Source: an uncultured Chloroflexia bacterium (lineage in GTDB: Bacteria > Chloroflexota > Limnocylindria > Limnocylindrales > CSP1-4). Taken from it: a stretch of 64,000 nt of DNA. The notes below the pieces were generated by a model, which worked only from the letters and a program-made list of their open reading frames with translations, was not told where the DNA came from and made no database searches. The position numbers and the translations under genes are program-made. The stretch spans positions 672,001-736,000 of the forward strand of contig CAVXPZ010000001.1 of the NCBI GenBank assembly GCA_963763775.1, written 5' to 3'. Shown here one piece after another: positions 50,155 through 59,795 of the stretch (positions within the stretch are counted from its first letter, which is position 1; each line of letters opens with the position of its first letter).

Positions 50155-52467
50155 ATGCGAACGTACGCGCCCGCGGGCCCGGAAGCCGTCCTCGCCGACC
50201 TGCTCGAGGAGCCGTCGATCGCTCGCGGGGTCGTCCACCATGCGGTGCTGCCACCGCGAGCGGCCGTCCACGGCGAGTTCCCGTCCTGGCTGGACCCGAG
50301 GATCGTCGCCGGTCTCGCCTCACGCGACATCCATCGCCCGTACACGCACCAGGCCGAGGCCATCGAGGCGGTCCATGCGGGCGAGGACGTGGTCATCGTC
50401 ACGCCGACCGCGTCGGGCAAGACGCTCTGTTATGCGGTCCCGACACTCCAGGCGATCGCGGACGACCCAGCGGCCCGTGCCCTGTTCCTCTTCCCGACCA
50501 AGGCCCTCGGGCAGGACCAGGTCACCGAGTTCGGCGAGCTGGCGGCGGCCGCGGGGCTGTCGATCATGACCTCGACCTACGACGGGGACACGCCCGCCCC
50601 CATCCGCTCGGCGATCCGGGCCGCGGGGCAGGTCGTGGTGACCAACCCCGACATGCTGCACTCGGCGATCCTCCCCCACCACACGAAGTGGTTCCAGCTC
50701 TTCGAGCAACTCCGGATCATCGTCATCGACGAGCTGCACTCGTATCGCGGGGTGTTCGGCGGACACGTCGCCAACGTCCTGCGCCGCCTGCTCCGGATCT
50801 GCGCCCATTACGGGAGCCACCCGGTCATCGTGTGCTGCTCGGCGACGATCGGGAACCCCGGGGAGCTCGCCACGGCCTTGACCGGTCGGCCGACGCGGGT
50901 CGTGGACCGGACCGGGGCACCCACCGGCGAGCGCCACATCCTGCTCGTGGACCCGCCGGTGATCGAGCCGGCGAGCGGGGCCCGTGGGTCTGCCGCCACG
51001 CTGGCCCAGCGATGGGCCCTTCCGTTCCTGCGGGCCGGCCGGCAGACGATCGTGTTCGGCCGCTCCCGGGTGGCCGTCGAGATCCTGCTCACCGGGTTGC
51101 GCGAGTCGCTCCGCGAGAGCTACGGCCCGCGGAGCCGCGTCCGCGGCTATCGCGGCGGCTACCTCCCGACCGAGCGCCGCGCGATCGAGCGCGGCCTCCG
51201 CGACGGCGAGATCCTCGGGGTCGTCGCCACGAACGCGCTCGAGCTGGGCGTGGACATCGGCCGGCTGGACGCGTCGATCCTCGCGGGCTACCCGGGCTCG
51301 GTCGCAGCCACGTGGCAGCAGTTCGGCCGGGCCGGACGGCGGCAGGGCACGAGCGTCGCGGTCCTGGTCGCGTCGGGCGCCCCGGTCGACCAGTACGTCA
51401 TCCACCACCCGGAGTTCCTGCTCGAGGGGACGCCGGAGGAGGCCCGGCTCGACCCGGACAACCTGCACGTGCTGCTCGCGCACCTGCGCGCGGCCACGTT
51501 CGAGCTGCCGTTCGAGCCGGGCGAGGTCTTCGGCCCGGGGCCGGCCGACGACCTGCTGGCGTTCCTCCAGGAATCCGGGCACGTCCGACAGGCCGACGAT
51601 CTCCGCTGGTACTGGGCGAGCGAGAACTTTCCCGCATCGGAGATCTCGCTGCGGACCGCCGCGCCGGAGAACGTGGTCATCATCGACACGACGCCCGATC
51701 GCCCGCGTGTCCTCGGCGAGGTCGACCTCTTCAGCGCCCAGGTCCTCGTCCATGAACGGGCGATCTACATCCACGAATCGGTCCAGTACTACGTGGACCG
51801 CCTCGAGTGGGGCGAGCGCAAGGCCTACGTCCATCGGGTGGACGTCGACCACTACACCTACGCCAACCGGGCGGTCACCCTCAAGCCGCTGGAGGTGTTC
51901 GCGGAGGCACCCGCGACCGGTGGGCGACGGATCCACGGCGAGGTCATGGTCGCGAGCCTCGTCACCCTCTTCAAGAAGCTCAAGTTCCTGACCGACGAGA
52001 ACGTCGGCTGGGGGCCGATCGACCTGCCGGAGCTCGAGCTCCAGACCACGGCCTACTGGCTGACCGCCGACCACGCCCGCGACCGATGGCGGCACGACGA
52101 GCTCGATATCGCCCTGCTGGGCGCAGGACGAGCCATCCAGACGATCGCGTCGGTCCTGCTGATGGGCGATCCGCACGACCTCGGGCTCGTGACGCAGGTC
52201 CGCTCGCCGCATGCCGAGGAGCCGGTGATCTACCTCTATGAATCGGTGCCGGGTGGGATCGGGCTGGCCGAGCGGCTTTGGCAGCGCCACGACGAGCTCA
52301 TCGCGGGGGCTGCGGACCTCATCGCGACCTGCGGTTGCACCGACGGCTGTCCGGCCTGCACCGGACCACGGCCCGAACCGGGCATCGATGCTCGCGGGCT
52401 CGCCCTTCGGCTGCTTGGCGAGCTCGGCGCCGGACGGCCGGTGAGCGCAGCGGCAGCCCGCGGATGA
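50155..52467 (+). CDS. mrfA: DEAD/DEAH helicase with DUF1998 (MrfA/YprA/Hrq1-like)
   Basis: TPTASGKT, PTKALGQDQ, TNPDMLH, DELH, SATIGNP, TNALELGVDIG, GRAGRR, CGCTDGCPAC. Confidence 0.9.
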   Translation: MRTYAPAGPEAVLADLLEEPSIARGVVHHAVLPPRAAVHGEFPSWLDPRIVAGLASRDIHRPYTHQAEAIEAVHAGEDVVIVTPTASGKTLCYAVPTLQAIADDPAARALFLFPTKALGQDQVTEFGELAAAAGLSIMTSTYDGDTPAPIRSAIRAAGQVVVTNPDMLHSAILPHHTKWFQLFEQLRIIVIDELHSYRGVFGGHVANVLRRLLRICAHYGSHPVIVCCSATIGNPGELATALTGRPTRVVDRTGAPTGERHILLVDPPVIEPASGARGSAATLAQRWALPFLRAGRQTIVFGRSRVAVEILLTGLRESLRESYGPRSRVRGYRGGYLPTERRAIERGLRDGEILGVVATNALELGVDIGRLDASILAGYPGSVAATWQQFGRAGRRQGTSVAVLVASGAPVDQYVIHHPEFLLEGTPEEARLDPDNLHVLLAHLRAATFELPFEPGEVFGPGPADDLLAFLQESGHVRQADDLRWYWASENFPASEISLRTAAPENVVIIDTTPDRPRVLGEVDLFSAQVLVHERAIYIHESVQYYVDRLEWGERKAYVHRVDVDHYTYANRAVTLKPLEVFAEAPATGGRRIHGEVMVASLVTLFKKLKFLTDENVGWGPIDLPELELQTTAYWLTADHARDRWRHDELDIALLGAGRAIQTIASVLLMGDPHDLGLVTQVRSPHAEEPVIYLYESVPGGIGLAERLWQRHDELIAGAADLIATCGCTDGCPACTGPRPEPGIDARGLALRLLGELGAGRPVSAAAARG

Positions 52468-53966
52468 CCATCGAGGCGCCCGACCGTGCCGATGGCCTCG
52501 CTCGGCGGCTCGAGCGGTTCCGGGCGGCTACCCGCGGTCTGGCGACGGACCCGGCCGAGGGACCGACCGTCGTCGAGGCGAGCCGCGCGCTCGGTGCCCC
52601 GGTCCTCGCGGAGCGGCTCGCGGCGGCGGTCGACGGCGAGATCCTGCGGACCTCCCTCGGACTCGTCGTCCGCGCGGAAGGGCCGTCCCGCTCGATCCCG
52701 CTCGATCGGGACCGGCTCGCCCGGCTCCCCGGCCAGCCGGCGGCCGATGTGCCGCTCCTCTGCCTGGACACGGAGACCACCGGCCTGGCGACGGCCGCCG
52801 GGACCGTCGCCTTCCTCATCGGCCTGGGCTGGTGGGAGGCCGACCGGTTCCGCCAGGTCCAGCTCCTGCTGCCCGACCATGGCGAAGAACGCGCCCTGCT
52901 CGACGTCCTTCGGGCCACGATCCCCGGGAGCGGCTGGCTCGTGACCTACAACGGCCGCGGGTTCGACTGGCCGTTGCTCGAGACGCGGTATCGGATGGCC
53001 CGCCAGCCGGCGCCGGCACACGGCGGACACCTGGACCTCCTGCCCATCGCCCGCCGGCTCTTCCGCCATCGGCTCGAGGACGCGCGTCTCCGCTCGGTCG
53101 AGGACGGCGTGCTCGGGATCCAGCGCCACGGCGATGTCGAGGGCTGGGAGATCCCCCGCCGGTACCTCGGGTTCCTGCGCGGCGGTCCGGTCGGACCCGT
53201 CGTGGACATCGTCCGACACAACGACCAGGACGTCCGGTCGCTGGCCCGGTTGCTCGTGCACCTCGAGACCGGGTATGTCGAGCCCGACGTGCGGCGGACC
53301 GCGCCGCCCGGCGACCTCGCGGGACTGGCGCGCGCCTATGCCCGGGACGGACGCCTCGACGACGCGCTCGGCTGCTATGCCGACGCGATGGACGCGGCTG
53401 CGTCGGGCGCACCGCACGATGAGGCTCGAGCGCTCGCGGTGCCCATCGCGGTGCCGCCGCAACCGGCGACCCCGTGGTGGTCCGCCGCGGTTCCGGCGGA
53501 CTTCGGCGGACGCCCGACCGCCGCGTGGCGTCGGGACCGGCCGGACCGTGTCGCGGCCTTCGCCGCGCCGTGGACGACCGAGCGGATCGCCGTCGAGCAC
53601 GCGCATCTCCTTCGCCGACTCGGCCGCTGGGAGGACGCCGCGGACGCCTGGGCCTCGCTGGCGGCCGGACCGGGCCGCGTCGCGATCGTCGCGGCGGTCG
53701 AGCTGGCCAAGCTGCACGAACACCGGCGCCGGGACGTCGCCGCGGCGCTCGCGACCGTCGTGAGCGGACTGACGCTCGCGGAGCGGCGGCGGCACATCGG
53801 CCGCCCGGAACCTCGGCTCGAGGCCGACCTCTGCCGTCGCGCGGCGCGGCTGCGACGGCGCGCCATCCTGGCACGCGCCCAGCCGACTGCTGGGGCCGCG
53901 TCGATCAGTCCGGTCCCGGGATCGCGCCGACCTGTCCGGCCGTCGTCGGCACGATCGCCCGCCTGA
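52464..53966 (+). CDS. mrfB: RNase H-like exonuclease with TPR region (MrfB/YprB-like)
   Basis: LDTETTGL, TYNGRGFD, HLDLL, HNDQDV, ELAKLHEH; ATGA overlap with the helicase. Confidence 0.85.
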   Translation: MTIEAPDRADGLARRLERFRAATRGLATDPAEGPTVVEASRALGAPVLAERLAAAVDGEILRTSLGLVVRAEGPSRSIPLDRDRLARLPGQPAADVPLLCLDTETTGLATAAGTVAFLIGLGWWEADRFRQVQLLLPDHGEERALLDVLRATIPGSGWLVTYNGRGFDWPLLETRYRMARQPAPAHGGHLDLLPIARRLFRHRLEDARLRSVEDGVLGIQRHGDVEGWEIPRRYLGFLRGGPVGPVVDIVRHNDQDVRSLARLLVHLETGYVEPDVRRTAPPGDLAGLARAYARDGRLDDALGCYADAMDAAASGAPHDEARALAVPIAVPPQPATPWWSAAVPADFGGRPTAAWRRDRPDRVAAFAAPWTTERIAVEHAHLLRRLGRWEDAADAWASLAAGPGRVAIVAAVELAKLHEHRRRDVAAALATVVSGLTLAERRRHIGRPEPRLEADLCRRAARLRRRAILARAQPTAGAASISPVPGSRRPVRPSSARSPA

Positions 53967-54873
53967 CCCGCTCTCGGGCGCGCCGCAACAGCACGGCCGC
54001 CCGGTCCGGGACACCGGCGAGCCCGCGGCCCTCGACGGCGAGCGAGCCCGCGGCCGCGGCGAACCGCAGGTCGAGGCGATACCGCGTCCGGCGGCGGCCG
54101 ACGATGGCCGGACGCAGCACCGAGGCGTGGAGCGCGGCGAGGAACGTGTCGCCGGCCCCGGTCGGGTCGACCTCGCGGTCCGTCGTGGTCGGAAGGTAGC
54201 GCAGCGTCTCGGTCGGGCCGTCGTCGCCGACGTGGATCAGGAGCCCTCCGTCCGCGCCACGGGTCACGAGCAGGTCCGCGCCGGGATGGAGCAGCTGCCA
54301 CAGCTCGGCGACCGGCGTCTCGGGAGCGACATCGTGATGGCTCACGCCGACCAGGTCTGCACGCTGCAGGATCGGCGACCCCTGGGGGACGCGACGGGTC
54401 ACCAGCCGGCCCGGAGCGAGGTCGCGAAGGAACCCCTGCCAGGCGACCCCGACGTAGGCGTCGGCCGGGATGACGGCCGCCCACTCGTCGGCGATCTCAC
54501 CCGCGACCGGCACCATGGACCACCCCCGAGCGGCGAGCCAGGCGTCCGGCAGGGCCGGGATCGGAAGCGGAACGCCGACCTGGACACATGTCTGGACGCG
54601 GCCCGCTTCGGTTTCGACGTTGTGGTAGATCGGCCCCTCGGGCAACGGCACGCGCAGGATGTCGACGCCGGCGTCCCGCAGGATCCCGAGTTCGTCGGCG
54701 ACGCTCGCCTCCGCGTCCACGCCGATGACGGCCGCCGTCCGCAGCCCGAGCCGCGCCGTCGTCAGCGCCGCGTACGTGACGCCCCCGCCCAGCCTCCAGC
54801 CGCGCGGGTCGTCAGGCGCGACGTCGCGGCAGGCGGAGCCGACGTGGACCACCTCGACGCGGGAGCGGGGCAT
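53905..54873 (-). CDS. PfkB family carbohydrate kinase
   Basis: LGGGVTYAA, VTRGADG, DPTGAGDTF. Confidence 0.9.
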   Translation of the reverse strand: MPRSRVEVVHVGSACRDVAPDDPRGWRLGGGVTYAALTTARLGLRTAAVIGVDAEASVADELGILRDAGVDILRVPLPEGPIYHNVETEAGRVQTCVQVGVPLPIPALPDAWLAARGWSMVPVAGEIADEWAAVIPADAYVGVAWQGFLRDLAPGRLVTRRVPQGSPILQRADLVGVSHHDVAPETPVAELWQLLHPGADLLVTRGADGGLLIHVGDDGPTETLRYLPTTTDREVDPTGAGDTFLAALHASVLRPAIVGRRRTRYRLDLRFAAAAGSLAVEGRGLAGVPDRAAVLLRRARERVRRAIVPTTAGQVGAIPGPD

Positions 54874-54927
54874 GGCACCTCCGGGCGTATACTGCCGGCC
54901 CCATCACACCGATCCTGGAGCCAGGCC

Positions 54928-55311
54928 GTGTTCTTCTACGAACTCCATGAAGGCGATACCGAGGTCTACTCGGACGTCCTCGTCATGAGCGAATCCGAGT
55001 GGGAGGCTGACGAGTTCTTCGAGCTCGTCCAGACCATCCGGCGCAAGATCCAGGACTCGTTCGAGCACGATACCCTCATCGAGTCGATCGCCGTCGAACT
55101 CGAGCGCGACCACGACTTCGTCTACGTCAGCGACGACCGTCTCGTCGCCGCGGTCAACGTCTCGACGGTCGAGGCCGAGAACTTCCTCGCCGAACTCGAG
55201 GTCGACCTCGCGGACCGCGAAGAGGACGACGAGGACGACGACCCGGGCGGCACCGATGCCGACTACAAGGCGATCCTCGTCGACTTCGACCCGGGCGGCC
55301 GGCTGAACTAG
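54928..55311 (+). CDS. Highly acidic hypothetical protein (127 aa)
   Basis: GGAG SD, GTG start, TATACT -10 upstream; typical codon bias. Confidence 0.75.
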   Translation: MFFYELHEGDTEVYSDVLVMSESEWEADEFFELVQTIRRKIQDSFEHDTLIESIAVELERDHDFVYVSDDRLVAAVNVSTVEAENFLAELEVDLADREEDDEDDDPGGTDADYKAILVDFDPGGRLN

Positions 55312-55386
55312 CCGGGTCGCCGGGACGCGCCACGCGGCCGGGGCCCAGACGATCGCGAGCGCCAGGCCCCTGGCGAGCGCCGGACC

Positions 55387-56490
55387 CTACTTGCTGAAGA
55401 GGATCTCCACGACGTCGCCGTCGTGCACGTGGTAGGTCTTGCCCTCGGAGCGCAGCCTCCCGTGCTTGCGCGCCTCGGCCATCGACCCGAGCGTGACGAG
55501 GTCCTCGTACGACACGGTCTCGGCGCGGATGAACCCCTTGGCGAGGTCCGTGTGGATCGCGCCGGCCGCGTCCACGGCCGTGGAGCCGTCGCGGATCGGC
55601 CAGGCTCGCACCTCGTCGGGCCCGGCCGTGAGGAACGAGATGAGCCCGAGCAGGCGATACGACAGGGCGATCACGCGGTCGAGCCCGGACTCGGCGATGC
55701 CGAGCTCTTCCATGAACACGGCTGCCTCGTCGGGTTCGAGCTCGCCGAGCTCCATCTCGATCCGGGCGGACAGCGCGTCGACGATCGCGTCCTGGTGCTC
55801 GTAGCCCGCCGAGATGCGCGAGATGAGGCTCGCCGCGGTCGCGAGGTCGCCCTCGCCGACGTTGAGGAGCACGAGCACGGGCTTCTGCGAGAGGAATCGG
55901 AAGCCGCGGATCGCCTTCTCCTCGTCGGCATCGAGCGCGAGGTCGCGGATCGGCCGACCCGTCTGCAGGCCCTCGTGGATCCGCGCGAGGACGACCCCTT
56001 CACGCTCGGCGGCTTCGCGTTCGGCGGGTGTCCCGTGACGGCCGCTCCCCTCCAGGCGTTCGAGCCGCCGCTCGGTCATGGCGAGGTCGGCGAGCACGAA
56101 CTCCAGATCGAGACGCTCGAGGTCCCGGGCCGGGTCGACGCTGCCGTCGGGGTGCGGATGCGCGGCGTTCTCGAACGCGCGGACGACGTGGAGCAACGCG
56201 TCGGAGTCCCGGAGCCGCGCGAGGTGGTCGGCGGGCAGCTCCTCGGTCCCGACGTGCCCCTCGGTCGAGGCAGGCGGGGCCGGCAGGTCCACGTACGTCA
56301 CATCCGCATGGATGATCTTCTTCGGCTTGAAGATCTCGGCCAGGCGGTCGAGCCGGGCGTCCGGGACCTTCACGACGCCGACGTTGAGCGTGACGCCACC
56401 GAAGCCGCCGGTCTCGGCGTGGCCGCGGGTGAGCGTGTTGAAGACGGTCGTCTTGCCCGATCCGGCAAGACCGACGATGGCGATCTGCAT
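55387..56490 (-). CDS. ychF: Redox-regulated ATPase YchF
   Basis: IVGLAGSGKTT, VPDARLD, HVVRAF, AGAIHTDLAKGFIRAE, RSEGKTY. Confidence 0.93.
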   Translation of the reverse strand: MQIAIVGLAGSGKTTVFNTLTRGHAETGGFGGVTLNVGVVKVPDARLDRLAEIFKPKKIIHADVTYVDLPAPPASTEGHVGTEELPADHLARLRDSDALLHVVRAFENAAHPHPDGSVDPARDLERLDLEFVLADLAMTERRLERLEGSGRHGTPAEREAAEREGVVLARIHEGLQTGRPIRDLALDADEEKAIRGFRFLSQKPVLVLLNVGEGDLATAASLISRISAGYEHQDAIVDALSARIEMELGELEPDEAAVFMEELGIAESGLDRVIALSYRLLGLISFLTAGPDEVRAWPIRDGSTAVDAAGAIHTDLAKGFIRAETVSYEDLVTLGSMAEARKHGRLRSEGKTYHVHDGDVVEILFSK

Positions 56491-56530
56491 GGTGAGCAGC
56501 GTAGCGGCGCCGGGCGCCGCGCGCCGACGG

Positions 56531-57640
56531 TCAGTAGCCGGCGGTCGGATCCACCACGTTCAGGAGCGTCTCGCCGGCCGCGAACCGCCGCAGGTTCTCG
56601 CAGAACAGCTCGACGCTGCGGTCGAGGACGCGCCCGCTCGACCACGCCGTATGGGGCGTCACGATGACGTTCGGCAGGTCGTAGAAGGACGACATCGGCG
56701 GGAGCGGCTCGTCGTGGAAGGTGTCGAGCACGGCGCCCCCCAGTGGCCCGTCGCGCAGGGCCCGCAGCAGCGCTCGCTCGTCCACCAGCCGACCGCGGGC
56801 CACGTTGATGAGCCACGCTCCGGGCTTGACCATCGCCAGGGTGCGGTCGTTGATCATCTCCTCGGTCTCGGGCGTCAGCGGGGCCGCGAGCACGATGAAG
56901 TCCGACTCCGCGAGCAGCTCGGGCAACGTCTCCGGTCCTCCGACACGGTCGAGCGTGACCTCGCCGAACCCGTCGTCGCCCGTCGACCGTCCGTCGGCCG
57001 CGGCGCTCGTGGCGGTGGCCGCGCCGGTCGACGCGGACCCGTCCGGGCCATCGCCGTGGCGCCGGACCGCGATCACCCGGCAGCCGAAGGCCGTCGCCAA
57101 CCCGCCGACGGCCCGCCCGAGCGACCCGAGCCCCACGATCCCGACCGTCACGTCGCGCAGCTCCGCGCCCTCGAGGGGCTGCCACGTCCGCTCGCGCTGG
57201 AGTTCGAGGAGCTGCGGCAATCGCCGGCTGACCGCCAGGATCATCATCAGCACGTACTCGGCGATGGGCCGACTGAAGACGCCGCGAGCGTTGGTGACCA
57301 CGAGGCCGCGCTGGCGGGCGGCCGGCGTGAGTGCCCGCTCCACTCCCGATGTGGCCGAGTGGACCCAGGAGAGCCGCGGCGCCCGCACGAGGAGTCGGTC
57401 GAAGGCGTCGGGTCCGAGCCAGCCGCGCAGCATCACCTCGACGTCCTCGAGCGGGCCGTCCGCGAGGCCCTCCACGGACACCGTGACGAGGCGCGCGCCC
57501 GGCGCGGCGGCCCGGATCCGCTCGAGGTCGCGCGACCGGTAGCGGGCGGAGAGGATCGGGCTCAGGGCGATCGCCGTCGGCGCCCCACCGGGACCGCTGC
57601 CGGGGCCGGCGCGGCGGACGATGTCGGCGGGCTCGCTCAT
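56531..57640 (-). CDS. D-2-hydroxyacid dehydrogenase
   Basis: TNARG, IAEY, GLGSLG, PLTPET, INVARG, LDTFHDEPL, TPH. Confidence 0.92.
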   Translation of the reverse strand: MSEPADIVRRAGPGSGPGGAPTAIALSPILSARYRSRDLERIRAAAPGARLVTVSVEGLADGPLEDVEVMLRGWLGPDAFDRLLVRAPRLSWVHSATSGVERALTPAARQRGLVVTNARGVFSRPIAEYVLMMILAVSRRLPQLLELQRERTWQPLEGAELRDVTVGIVGLGSLGRAVGGLATAFGCRVIAVRRHGDGPDGSASTGAATATSAAADGRSTGDDGFGEVTLDRVGGPETLPELLAESDFIVLAAPLTPETEEMINDRTLAMVKPGAWLINVARGRLVDERALLRALRDGPLGGAVLDTFHDEPLPPMSSFYDLPNVIVTPHTAWSSGRVLDRSVELFCENLRRFAAGETLLNVVDPTAGY

Positions 57641-58869
57641 CCGGGCGCCTCCGGTCCCGGAAGCAGGGCTGGCGTGGCGTCCATCACGCGGGCGATCCAC
57701 CGTTCGGGCGTCTCGATCTCGCCGTCGCGGGGCAGCGTCTCCGGGCCGTCCCAGAGCCGGGTGAGCGCCGACGGCCCGCGCGCCTCCGCGATCATGCGGA
57801 CGAAGCGCTCCCCCTTCTTGTACTGCTCCATCTTGAGGTCCATGCCCGTCAAGCGGAGCATCGAGCGCTCGAACGCGGTCCGACGCGAGCGCCGATCGTG
57901 GAACCGGGCGCTGATCCTCTCCACGTCGGGGACGAGGTCACGGCCCACTTCGTCCATGACGTAGTCGCTGAACCCCTCGAGCAGGCTCATCACGGCCTGG
58001 GTCTCGCGGAAGAGCTGCCGCTGCTCCGGTCCCATCAGCCGCTCCATCCAGTGCCCGCCGTCGGACTCGCCGCGCAGCGTCCGCCCGAGGCCGCGGAGCG
58101 CCTCGCGTCCCAGGTCCCTGGCATCGCGGCTGAACAGCGTCAGCTGCCGTTCCAGGCGCGAGGCGAGGTACGGCCGGAGCCACGGATGCGCCTCGAACTC
58201 GAACGCGTGGGTCGTCTCGTGGAGGGCGATCCACGTTCGGAACGGCCCGAGCGGGACGCGCAGGCTCGCCGCCGTCGCCCGGATGTTCTCCTCGACGAAC
58301 AGCAGGCGACCCGGCGCCTGCTCGGCCGAGAGGAGGGCCAGGTCGTACTGGCCGAGGACGCGCGCGCCCATGAACCCGAGCAGGAATCCGAGCTGGCGGG
58401 TCGTGACCCAGCGGTTCGCGAGCGCCATCGTGGCCTTGGCGAGGCCGCCGCCGGGCGGGACGACCTGGTCGAGCAGCTCGACCTCGAGCTTGCCGATGAG
58501 CGAGGCGAAGGTCTCGGTGTTGGCCCGGACCCAGCCGGCACGGTCGACGACGCCGGACCGTTCGACGACGCCCGGCAGCTCGGTCCCGAGGGCCGACGAG
58601 AGCGCTGGGACGATCTCGGTCATGGCGGCGGCATAGGCCGGTTCCGTGGCGGCCAGCTCGGCCGCGCTGAGCGTGCCGGGCGCCTTTTCGAGACGGGCGA
58701 TGGCGATCCGCTCGACGGCGGGCCAGTCGACGAGCCCGCGGCGCGCGGACCGCTCCGCGTGCCGGCCGACGACGGTGGCCGCGGCACCGAGGGCCGAGCC
58801 GATCAGGAACCCGGCCTGCCAGACCCGGTCATCGCGCCAGGCAGAGCGACGGCCCGCGGGGCCGGTCAT
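57637..58869 (-). CDS. Zinc-dependent metalloprotease (Zincin_2/DUF2342 family)
   Basis: RVLGQYD, WIALHETTH, MSLLEGFSDYVM, KMEQY, PERWIAR. Confidence 0.88.
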   Translation of the reverse strand: MTGPAGRRSAWRDDRVWQAGFLIGSALGAAATVVGRHAERSARRGLVDWPAVERIAIARLEKAPGTLSAAELAATEPAYAAAMTEIVPALSSALGTELPGVVERSGVVDRAGWVRANTETFASLIGKLEVELLDQVVPPGGGLAKATMALANRWVTTRQLGFLLGFMGARVLGQYDLALLSAEQAPGRLLFVEENIRATAASLRVPLGPFRTWIALHETTHAFEFEAHPWLRPYLASRLERQLTLFSRDARDLGREALRGLGRTLRGESDGGHWMERLMGPEQRQLFRETQAVMSLLEGFSDYVMDEVGRDLVPDVERISARFHDRRSRRTAFERSMLRLTGMDLKMEQYKKGERFVRMIAEARGPSALTRLWDGPETLPRDGEIETPERWIARVMDATPALLPGPEAPG

Positions 58870-59786
58870 CGGGCCGCCACGGCGAGATCGACCGGCTCGA
58901 CGTCCGGGAACGCGGCGCCGAACATCCGCTCGGCGATCGAGCGGAATCGGTCGACGTCGCCGGTCGTGAGCTGGAGGTGGACGGCCGTCGCGGCCGTCTC
59001 ATCCGGTCGGTCGTGGCCCGCGGCCCCGGCATCGGCGGCCGTCCCGCGTGTGGACCCGGGCGCCTCGAGCGCGTTGATGGTCAGGAGCTGGGCGAGCGCG
59101 GACGCCGTCGCGGTGGCGGAATCGACGATCGCGACGCGCTCCCCGGCGGCCGCGGCGATGAGCGGCCGGAGCAGCGGGTAGTGGGTGCAGCCGAGGAGCA
59201 GCGTGTCGACGGTCGCGCCGGGCGGCCGCGGGAAGATCGACTCGCCGTCCGCGTCGCGCTCGCCGAACAGCGGCGCGAGCGCGTGCGCGATCGTGGCTTC
59301 GGCGCCCGGGCCCTGGAGCTCGCCGGCCTCGACGAGCGGCACCAGGGCCGGCGTGGCGTGCTCGTAGACCTCGATCGCGGGGTTCTCGTCCTTGATGGCG
59401 GCGAAGTACGCGTGGGACCGGATGGTCGCGGGTGTCGCGATGACCCCGACCCGCCGGTTGCGCGTCGCGAGGGCCGCCGCCGACGCCCCGGGCCGGATGA
59501 CGCCGAGGACCGGCAGGTCGTAGCGGCGGCGGAACGCCTCGATGCCGACCGCGGTCGAGGTGTTGCAGGCCACGACCAGGGCCTTGACGTCGCGCTCCAC
59601 GAGCGCGTCGAGCGCCTGCGTCGAGAACGTGCGCACCTCGTCGTCGGGACGGACGCCGTAGGGCGCTCGCGCGTTGTCCCCGAGGTAGATGGTGGATTCC
59701 GCCGGGGAGCGGCGCAGGATCTCCTGGAGGACCGTCAACCCGCCGACGCCGGAGTCGAACACCCCGATCGGCCGGGGATCGGACAT
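58866..59786 (-). CDS. murI: Glutamate racemase
   Basis: GVFDSGVGGLTV, PYG, VACNTS, LGCTHYP. Confidence 0.95.
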   Translation of the reverse strand: MSDPRPIGVFDSGVGGLTVLQEILRRSPAESTIYLGDNARAPYGVRPDDEVRTFSTQALDALVERDVKALVVACNTSTAVGIEAFRRRYDLPVLGVIRPGASAAALATRNRRVGVIATPATIRSHAYFAAIKDENPAIEVYEHATPALVPLVEAGELQGPGAEATIAHALAPLFGERDADGESIFPRPPGATVDTLLLGCTHYPLLRPLIAAAAGERVAIVDSATATASALAQLLTINALEAPGSTRGTAADAGAAGHDRPDETAATAVHLQLTTGDVDRFRSIAERMFGAAFPDVEPVDLAVAAR

Positions 59787-59795
59787 CAGGCCCGC

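Noticed and set aside
50155-53966. DUF1998 helicase as a DISARM or Druantia defence system
   Set aside because: Its partner is a YprB-type exonuclease (MrfAB repair pair), and no drmA, drmC or DNA methylase genes are adjacent.
53905-53966. 62-bp convergent overlap of mrfB and pfkB as an antisense system
   Set aside because: Both tails are low-complexity extensions, typical of stop-codon drift in high-GC genomes.
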